Source: Octopus bimaculoides (lineage: Eukaryota). From it: a stretch of DNA of 47,574 nucleotides. Below are positions 38,610 through 47,574 of the stretch, one piece after another. The translations under genes and the position numbers were made by a program. The stretch covers positions 77,287,291 through 77,334,864 of the forward strand of contig NC_068989.1 in the NCBI RefSeq assembly GCF_001194135.2, in the 5' to 3' direction. How positions within the stretch are numbered: the stretch's first letter is position 1; each line of letters opens with the position of its first letter. The notes beneath the pieces were generated by a model. That model ran no database searches and had not been told where the DNA came from. It was given only the letters and a program-made list of their open reading frames with translations.

Positions 38610-38613
38610 CATT
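38523..38613. repeat. (ATT)n microsatellite
   Basis: Directly visible. Confidence 0.95.
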
Positions 38614-40377
38614 ATGTTGCCTATAAACATTTTTTAACAATAAAACTATGAAGAAATATCTGCTTTGTTTGCTGCTGAACAATTGTTGTTCTTCCTTCTA
38701 TTGATTTCCTTTTTATCAGTCTTTGAACACTGTCATAAACATAAAATTCTATATATGTATTTTCTAAATATATTTATACGCTGTAAACAAAAACTTCAGA
38801 AAATAATAGACTTATTTCCTTTTTCATCTTTCTTTTCAAATTCATTTTTGCATATTTTGTTTTTCTTTTCTACTTTGTTTCTTGTCAAAATCTGCTAAAT
38901 TGCTGTACAATATTAAAATGGTTATTATTTAGAATGGTTATTATTTGAATAAAATATTCTTTTCCCGTGGTTGGCGAACAGATTGACGATATAACGTATT
39001 ATCTTTTGGCTTGCATATCCATTCATCCAGCGTAAATTTATTTATGTGTTCTTTAATATGTAAATTGATTTTCTACTTGCTTAATGATAGTGTCTTTAAA
39101 ATGAGTAATATCTTATGAGAAATTCAAATGGTGTATTTACATTGTAATATTTGTTCCATTTTATATATTTATTTTTCTGCTTTAAAATGTATAACCTGAA
39201 ATATATTACCAGGAAAGAAGTAAGAAAACAAGTTGGGGGCTTTTTTTACGTAATATACTAGTATAATTTTAACAATTCACAGCCCAACATATAACGTAAT
39301 AGAAATTCAAATTTTTTGCTAACGAAGTAAATAATTGAAAAAAATTACAGGCATTGAATGTTATTGCTAGGCATTGCTGAAAATATTAGACGATATAGTT
39401 GAAGAATATTTAGAAGTGATTATCGGAATGCTCTGTAAAGGTAAAATATAATCGGGCCTCTCTTGCTAACTGTTCATAATTTTTATTGATATTTCATGGA
39501 TTTTCATTGGTGGCATTTTATGGGCATGAGATAAAAAGGCAAAGGAAATATATAGATCCATAGAAATTATGTGTTACAATAAACAGGGAAAATATAATGT
39601 ACCACCACATATCCGTTTCAGTAGTGAAGGTAATTGCATGCACACGCGTGTGTGTGATTACTCTGCGAGAATAACTTGAATAAAATTCAACCATTATTAC
39701 GTTACTTTTATTGAAAGTAGTTGAATGGAAAACAAAGTAATTTATCGGAATATCGATAAAAGTAATCTCTGTACCTAAAATTTGTCCATTTTCTCCCGAT
39801 ACACTCACGGGCACCACCTTAAATATTGCAAAATAACGAATGCGTTTTTAATTTTATTATGTTATTGTAAGTTATATTTATGCCGTAATGTAACGGGCAT
39901 ATTTCAAATAAATGGTGTAATCCTTTGAGTTGTTTTCAACGCAGTGCTGATGAAATGTCATATACGAATGCTTGTACTGTAGTGCACTGGCAGTACAACA
40001 ATCTATAATTCCTTACGTTATTTACAAAATCTAATCGCTGAACTGTTTGGAACTCATGCAGTTTCTATGCATTATACGAAATATGATCTGTTTGCACGCA
40101 GCAACTTTTGCTGCGTAGACAATGTTTGAATGAGAAAATATATAGCAAAAACAAAAAAAAGGGGGGGAATGATAATAATTTGAAAGCCGAAATATATAAC
40201 ATGCACTTACCCCTATGATCAGAGCTGTATATCAAATCCACTATTATCCATTTAGATGTAATCCATTTTTATCATCATGTAAATTAATACCTGAAAAGCA
40301 AATTAAGTAAAAACTTAATTAATTTCAAATGTAGAAGAAGAAATTTTGCTATAAACTACGTTTGAAAAACATGAAAT

Positions 40378-40590
40378 ATTGGTTTCAAAAGTTGGTAATG
40401 GCCCGCAATTTTAGGGAAGGGGAAGTTAATTACATCGACCCCAGTACTCAACTGATGCTTATTTTATCAACTCCCAGAGGATGAAAGGCAAACTCAACCT
40501 CGGTGGAATTTGAACTCACAACGCCAAGACGGACGAAATACCGCTTAGTATTTTACCCGACCTGCTAACGGTTCTGCCAACCCACTACCT
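40378..40590 (-). mobile_element. SINE family B copy with a variant 3' end
   Basis: acatcgaccccagtactcaactg...gatgaaaggcaaactcaacctcggtggaatttgaactc...gctaacggttctgcca. The 3' end reads ...accaacttttgaaacc instead of gaaaggatt. Confidence 0.82.
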
Positions 40591-40995
40591 TAAGGACGTC
40601 AAATATTAAATACCTGGAAAACAACATGGAAATATTACTAATGTCTTACTTAAAGCCGCAGCCACGATTTGTATATGAACTGCCATTCATACTTCATTGT
40701 TAGATTTAGAACGCGAGAGAAAGCCTAAGAATAATTTTCAGCCACGAACGAAAGACTAGTTATTCATACACTTAAAATCACAGCTGATCCTGTCATTTCC
40801 ACATGTCATCAGACGATGCCCATCGCACTTATCTCAACTATATATAAAAAAACTGAGAAAAAATCGCCTCAACAGCTTTTGTTAAGTAATATATCATTCA
40901 TACTATGTCATGGTAATAATTAGCAAAGTGGTGGATAGCTTATTCTTACGGGCCCAAATATTTAACCATCAAATGATACGCACTTAAGAGAAATA

Positions 40996-42011
40996 CAGTA
41001 GAACCTCGCAGTACGAATGCACCATTGTACGAGTAATTTGCTATATGAGTCGAGGTTCTTGTGAACTTTTGTCTTGAAGTACGAGCGGAAATCCGTAGTA
41101 CGAGCGAGTTTCATACAAGCGACCGCTTGTCGGCGCTGAGTTCGCACTCGCTCTCCCAACAGGCACAGTCTCTGCTCGTTTAGTTCACGTGTTTATCTCT
41201 TTGTGGTAGCATCTCTGTTGTGTTTTTCCCAGTGTTTTTATTTAGCTTTGTGCATTTTGTGCTATTATTTTATAATAATTAGATGTGTTATGCATGGGTC
41301 CTAAGAACGTTAGTGTAAAGGACAGTGCTGAATGCGGTGTAAGGCATTGGTTTCCCAGAGGTGGACAGTGTAGCGGAGAATGCTTTCTCTACGACTGTCA
41401 TAAATGCAGTGTTGGCAAAGTGGCAGTATTTTTCCGGATTTTCTAGAAAATTATCATCCTGAAAATGTAGCTACACGTCCTGCTGCAGCTTTATTTAATA
41501 ACTCTGCTCTGGCGGATTTTTGTGTCATTTTTAAAGGCAGGTAAAAATAGACTTCTTTTGACATATTTTTATTGAAACGACCTGGAAGTGTAAAAAGTGA
41601 AGAAAGTGTATCCAAAAAGCCTAAATTAAGCGAAGTGAGAGAGAAAACGCCAGATATTGTTTTTCCTGAAGTCTTAATGGAAGGAGATTCTCCTTCCAAA
41701 CAGTAATTTACCTCCCCCACGCTATCGTCTTCCTCGCGCACAAATCGTCCCATATTTGAGTTAATTCAGTAAATAAGACCAGTTTACATATTTCTTTTGC
41801 ATTCTCTTTTTAATAATCGTCATTTGACTTGTAAATACACTTTTTCTGGTTTAAAACTCATAAAAAATTATTTTCTGGGGTTTTGAGGGTCTGGAACGGA
41901 TTAATTATATTTTAGTTAATTCCAATGGAGAAAATTGATTTGCAAAACGAGAAAATCGTAAAACGAGCTCGGTCATCGAAGGAATTAAATTCGTACGGCA
42001 AGGTATCATTA
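40996..42011 (+). mobile_element. Internally deleted Tigger/pogo-family DNA transposon
   Basis: TA-cagtagaacctcgcagtacgaa ... ttcgtacggcaaggtatcatta-TA. Residual MGPKNVSVKDSAE at 41294 is joined to the C-terminal FLENYHPENVATRPAAALFNN...TSFDIFLLKRP (41440-41583). DNA-binding and catalytic domains are absent. Confidence 0.78.
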
Positions 42012-42131
42012 TACTATTAGCTTTAATTCATCCGTTCGAGAAAATCAAGGGAGACAATTCTAAAGTTCAAATAAAAGGTTCATACTGTGAAAGTAAATCA
42101 CTCTTATTTTAGCGAGTGGATACATATTATG

Positions 42132-42446
42132 TGTGGAGACGCAATGGCTCAGTCGTTAGGGCAGCAGACTCGCGGTCGGAGGATCACGGTTTCGATTCCC
42201 AGACCGGTCGTTGAGTGTGTTTATTGTGCGAAAAAACCTAAAGCCCCACGAGGCTCCGGCAGGGGGAGGTGGCGACCCTTGTTGTACTCTTTCGCTCGAG
42301 CTTTCTCTCACACTGCCTTCCTGTTTCTTGAGTAACGCTGCGATGGACTGGCGTCGCGTCCAGCTGGGGGAAACACATACGCCATAGAAACCGGGAAACC
42401 GAACCCATGAACCTGGCTAGGCTCTAAAAGGCGCATAAATAAAAAC
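42132..42446 (+). mobile_element. SINE with a family C head and a different 3' module
   Basis: Matches 21263-21456 through cttcctgtttct (42328), then diverges to gagtaacgctgcgatggactggcgtcgcgtccag...gaaaccgggaaacc...ggcgcataaataaaaa. Confidence 0.82.
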
Positions 42447-42977
42447 ATGTTATATAGATAGAAAAGGGAAAAATTGAGAGTACATTTCGCTGTTAAATGT
42501 TTGCTCAATATAAAAACGAAAACGTTGAAGAATTTTACATCATATATTTCTGTAAGACTGCAGTATTATTTTCTATCATTAAACAATTACTGTGAGAAAG
42601 TTAGCGCATGTTTGTTTATACACGTACAACACATTATTGCTCGCTATTCTTCAATTAATATCTACTAATATCTGGGAGGCTTCCACTAAAAAGTATAATG
42701 GCCCAATGGTGAATACTGCCATTTCTCTTGATATGGAAGCTAGATATAAATGAATATCCCTCGGGATGTGGAAATGGCCAACAGCCAACAATATCTCAGA
42801 CTCAACAACATATCAACATCCATTATTCTTACCTACAATTTATTTTGTGTGTGTTATTGTGTGTTAGTTTGTTAGTGCGTATGTGAGAGTGTACGCGAGT
42901 ACGTATGAAAATATACACATATATAAATACATGGATGGTACACCGCAACTGCATATACATGAACATTCATATGTGTA

Positions 42978-43015
<38 letters not shown>

Positions 43016-45030
43016 NNNNNNNNNNNNNNNNNNNNNNNNNNNNNNNNNNNNNNNNNNNNNNNNNNNNNNNNNNNNNNNNNNNNNNNNNNNNNNNNNNNNN
43101 NNNNNNNNNNNNNNNNNNNNNNNNNNNNNNNNNNNNNNNNNNNNNNNNNNNNNNNNNNNNNNNNNNNNNNNNNNNNNNNNNNNNNNNNNNNNNNNNNNNN
43201 NNNNNNNNNNNNNNNNNNNNNNNNNNNNNNNNNNNNNNNNNNNNNNNNNNNNNNNNNNNNNNNNNNNNNNNNNNNNNNNATATATATATATATATATATA
43301 TATAACTGCATATTCTGAAGGTAATGCAGCGTAAATAGATAATACACACACACCTCATCAGAAATTGGTGCTCATACACACACACGCATACACTGCAGCA
43401 CATACACATGCATACATACACACACACATACACACACATACACACATACGAACTCCACATATAGAAGACACATGCCGTCATGGTGAACAAAGTTGTCGAA
43501 GAGTCGCCCTCATCAGAATTCTTGCTGTGTTTTCCAAAACTTCTCGCAAAACTTTATTGTAATCCTCCTGCTTTTTCGTGTTTTATTTTAATCCAAAACG
43601 GAAACGAACACAATTGGATTGGGTTGAAAATTCGTTAAGATATTAGAATATATTTTTCTGAGATAAAACCGATGGCAGTCTTAATACAAGAATAAATAAT
43701 CGTTTTCCACGAATGCGATTATGAGCAATCATTCTCATTGCGTTTGATTGAAATATTATTTCATGTATGTCAGAGGGATAGAAGACAAAGATGGTTTCAG
43801 CGGGATATGGACAGAGAACTTAGAATAACTCAACTATATAATGCAAGTTTGTTTTTACCTGCTTTCCTCGACACTGAAGATTCTACTAACCACCTCCATT
43901 ATACACACGTGCACGCACACACACGCACAATCACACAATATATATAAGTGTAAATTTATATATTAATTTGAACAAGTATAGGGTGTAATTTGAAGGAGGT
44001 ATGGTGTCAACATTTTTATTGTTTCTGTAAAGCTACTGAATGTGCGTATAATTATTGGTTTCTCCATTACTTTGGTCTTGTATTAACGGTCAAAGATGTT
44101 CGAAAGCGCACAAATCCAGTGACTCTGACATATCATACACAGAATATGCGTGTTTGCGTTGTATTTCGTGCTTGCTTGTTCGTATAAAACTGAGAATCTT
44201 TGTTCGTTCCAAATACTCTTAATTCATGATGGCCATTGCTCGAACCGCTACACCCCAAAATATAAACTGACATTTTGCTAGTATATGACACATATAATAA
44301 AGATGGACTGTTTGTCAGAAATTCACCCTAGTTTCTTCTAAAGAGTACGTTAGCACTAGGAACGGATTTAGAAAAAAAAATTGCAATTCTTTCATTCTTC
44401 GTCTGATATTTGTCACCTTAACATTTTAAAAATATTTTCTGGTGGTAATTTTCGCTGGAGTAGTTGTTATTTTTGTTGATCATTTGTAGAAGCTAAGAGC
44501 TATTATTAATTCAAGTGTTTGTTTGAGAACGTGATTGTCATTATTGTAAAAATGGTAGTTATAATATTTATTTTTTATTCTATTCAGTCATTTTATGGTT
44601 AGAGACATTTTAATGTTTTTCCCAAGGCTATTTCTAATAGGAATTTACAATTTCTGGTGCAGCTAAAGCTGCTTAGACTGAAGCAGCTGTAGAAGATATG
44701 TTGATGGCGATAAGGAGAAGGATGCTGTAGGGTGGGAAGTGTAAGGGCTGTTGAGGAGGATGTTAATCATAATTTAATGATTGGTAATTGCAATAATTCT
44801 GATTTTAACACGGCATAAGGGTCATATATTTTAGGAACAAGGCGTAGTCGATTATGTCAAAACAACGAACTAATAGCAATGTCATATGAAAGTGAATCTG
44901 GGGACTTTGACCTCAAATATATATATATGTTATATATATATGTATATGGTATTTACCACGTGAACTGCGATGAGAAACATATAAGAAAGATATGGTATAT
45001 ATATTTTTTTTTGAGACGTAATTTATTTTA

Positions 45031-45066
45031 AGGGTTACGCAAGGGTAAAAAGGTTGGGAAACACTG
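45031..45066. mobile_element. Orphan hAT (Charlie-like) MITE terminus
   Basis: ...gggtaaaaaggttgggaaacactg resembles the cagtg(g/t)ttcccaacc terminal motif; no partner end found. Confidence 0.35.
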
Positions 45067-45477
45067 AGTTAGAATATTCCGACTCTCTATATTCTGCAAT
45101 TCTCTTCAACCACAATGATGCCAATCTACACTGACACTTTAAGTTCCTAAAAACAACATCGTGGAATGGTATGAGGATACTTGATCAAGAACGACGGTTA
45201 TTTTTTATAGAAGAAAACCTTGCAAATATTGCGTCGTGAATGCAACTTTCCAATTGTAGAGACATTTGCGAATCTACGACATGAGGAGCTTAGCATGGAT
45301 ATTACACAGGAGTAATCCACGATTGACCATCGTGTTTGTTTTCTTTAATAGTTTATTAAATTGTTATGATGCAATTTCAGGCAAATTTGGTCACTGTTCC
45401 TTGAAAGTTGAGCGGCCATGTTGTACTAAAGACGTCACCTAATTAGGGATAGTATTCGTTTTGTTGTTGTTGTACGG

Positions 45478-45628
45478 CATGGTGATGGTGATGACGATGA
45501 TGATGATGATGAGGAGGATGATGATGATGGTGGTGGTGGTGGTGGTGATGATAATGACGACGGCAAGGTGAAGGATGAAATGGAGAGAATGGTGAAAAAC
45601 GTCGATGATGATGATGATGATGATGCTA

Positions 45629-45661
<33 letters not shown>

Positions 45662-46970
45662 CTAATGATGATGATGATGCTGCTGCTGATGATGACAGCG
45701 ACGACGAGGACGACGGCAACGAGGCTGATGATGGTGATTAATACGATGATGTNNNNNNNNNNNNNNNNNNNNNNNNNNNNNNNNNNNNNNNNNNNNNNNN
45801 NNNNNNNNNNNNNNNNNNNNNNNNNNNNNNNNNNNNNNNNNNNNNNNNNNNNNNNNNNNNNNNNNNNNNNNNNNNNNNNNNNNNNNNNNNNNNNNNNNNN
45901 NNNNNNNNNNNNNNNNNNNNNNNNNNNNNNNNNNNNNNNNNNNNNNNNNNNNNNNNNNNNNNNNNNNNNNNNNNNNNNNNNNNNNNNNNNNNNNNNNNNN
46001 NNNNNNNNNNNNNNNNNNNNNNNNNNNNNNNNNNNNNNNNNNNNNNNNNNNNNNNNNNNNNNNNNNNNNNNNNNNNNNNNNNNNNNNNNNNNNNNNNNNN
46101 NNNNNNNNNNNNNNNNNNNNNNNNNNNNNNNNNNNNNNNNNNNNNNNNNNNNNNNNNNNNNNNNNNNNNNNNNNNNNNNNNNNNNNNNNNNNNNNNNNNN
46201 NNNNNNNNNNNNNNNNNNNNNNNNNNNNNNNNNNNNNNNNNNNNNNNNNNNNNNNNNNNNNNNNNNNNNNNNNNNNNNNNNNNNNNNNNNNNNNNNNNNN
46301 NNNNNNNNNNNNNNNNNNNNNNNNNNNNNNNNNNNNNNNNNNNNNNNNNNNNNNNNNNNNNNNNNNNNNNNNNNNNNNNNNNNNNNNNNNNNNNNNNNNN
46401 NNNNNNNNNNNNNNNNNNNNNNNNNNNNNNNNNNNNNNNNNNNNNNNNNGTGGTGGTGGTGGTGGTGGTGACGGTGGTGGTGGTGGTGGTGGTGACAGTT
46501 GTGGTGGTGGTGGTGGTGATTGTGGTGGTAGTGCTGTTGCTGATGGTGTCAACGGCGGCAGTGGCGGTAGAAGTGATTACGATGATGATGATGATAATGG
46601 ATATGATGATGATGGTGATGGTGCTGGTGCTGTTAGTGCTGGCGACGGTAACGACAACGATAACAAAGATTGGGGATAATTGTGATGATGATGATCATAA
46701 TGATAACAATCACGTTGATGATGATTGTGATGACAATGTCGACGACGACGACGACGACGTTGAATGATGTTGGTGATGCTGATATTGATAACGGTGATGC
46801 TGCCATAGACGATGACTGATGCCGATGGTGATAGTGATAGAGGTGATAACAGCGAGGAAGGTGTAGATGATAATGATGATAGTAATGTTGATGATGATGA
46901 TGATGATGCTCGGTGAGGTGATTCTGATGGTAGTCACGGTGATGATGACCAAAATTGTCGGGTGGGATGA
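45478..46970. repeat. ~1.5 kb degenerate (GAT/GGT/GAC) trinucleotide field spanning a gap
   Basis: Directly visible; source of the homopolymeric ORFs. Confidence 0.9.
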
Positions 46971-47379
46971 CGGCATGGAAGTTTATTTTCTTATGCGCTG
47001 ACGTAAATTGAAAGATGAAGTAAGTTGTAGGTGGATGACGATGGGAAAGGTGGGGGCTTAGACAGCACCCCCCCACACACACACACACATGCACACGAAT
47101 ACAAACACAAATACACACGCGCGCATACAACACTCGCAGAAATACACATTCAACTAAACAAAAAAAAAACACACACACACACACAAGATTGTAAGCTTAG
47201 ATTATGAAGTGTGAAGCTTGCTTGGGTTATTTTGGAATTATGTTTAGCCGACAATTCCACTACATCTGTAAAAGCAGTCTATCAAGTGCCTCAGTCAGAC
47301 GGTAGCTTTCTTCATCGCCATTGCTATCAGATTCACCCCTACCACTTAACATTCGGCAGCCGCGGCACTAGCAGCAACA

Positions 47380-47500
47380 GAAGCAACAACAACAACAACA
47401 ACAACAACAACAACGACAGCAGCAGCAGCAGCAGTAAAAGCAGAAGTAGCAGCAGCAGCAGCTACAGAAGCTAAAGTGGCAGCAAGAGTAGCCAGAAGTA
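47380..47500. repeat. (AAC)n/(AGC)n imperfect tract
   Basis: Directly visible. Confidence 0.85.
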
Positions 47501-47574
47501 GAAGAAACATCTTTTAGACAAACAATAACAGAAGCACCAAACTGAATGAATAAAAAGTAGATCTCGGGTATGTG

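Noticed and set aside
39946-39970. Other CTGATGA occurrences (also near 12368, 17181, 33410, 34176 and 43510 minus) as hammerhead cores
   Set aside because: None is followed by a stem II and GAAA at the right spacing.
44808-44870. Short segment resembling the 3' end of SINE family B (minus)
   Set aside because: Too short and diverged to call.

Overview
Eukaryotic, AT-rich, repeat-saturated DNA from a fragmented assembly: 13 N-gaps totalling about 4.6 kb, nearly all bounded by microsatellites. The SINE families and repeat landscape look like octopus (coleoid cephalopod) genomic DNA; this is recognition from memory, not a database result. No intact protein-coding gene can be supported, and most ORFs in the track are read-throughs of microsatellites or gaps. 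Supportable features are: (1) two decayed Dong/R4-clade retrotransposons plus an unclassified LINE-like 3' end, stacked on + at 13.3-19.2 kb; (2) a near full-length decayed DD37D (maT) transposon at 28.8-30.1 kb; (3) an internally deleted Tigger/pogo element at 41.0-42.0 kb; (4) a TTAA-flanked long-TIR MITE at 8.7-9.4 kb; (5) about a dozen copies or fragments of tRNA-derived SINEs from three head families. The most interesting spot is 8.3-10.0 kb. It holds a decayed tRNA-Thr-like cloverleaf with a Pol III terminator and a dispersed repeat carrying a minimal type-I hammerhead-ribozyme fold with a variant core (CUGUUGA), which recurs at 37.6 kb. A few splice-site-bounded open segments are listed as low-confidence exon candidates only.
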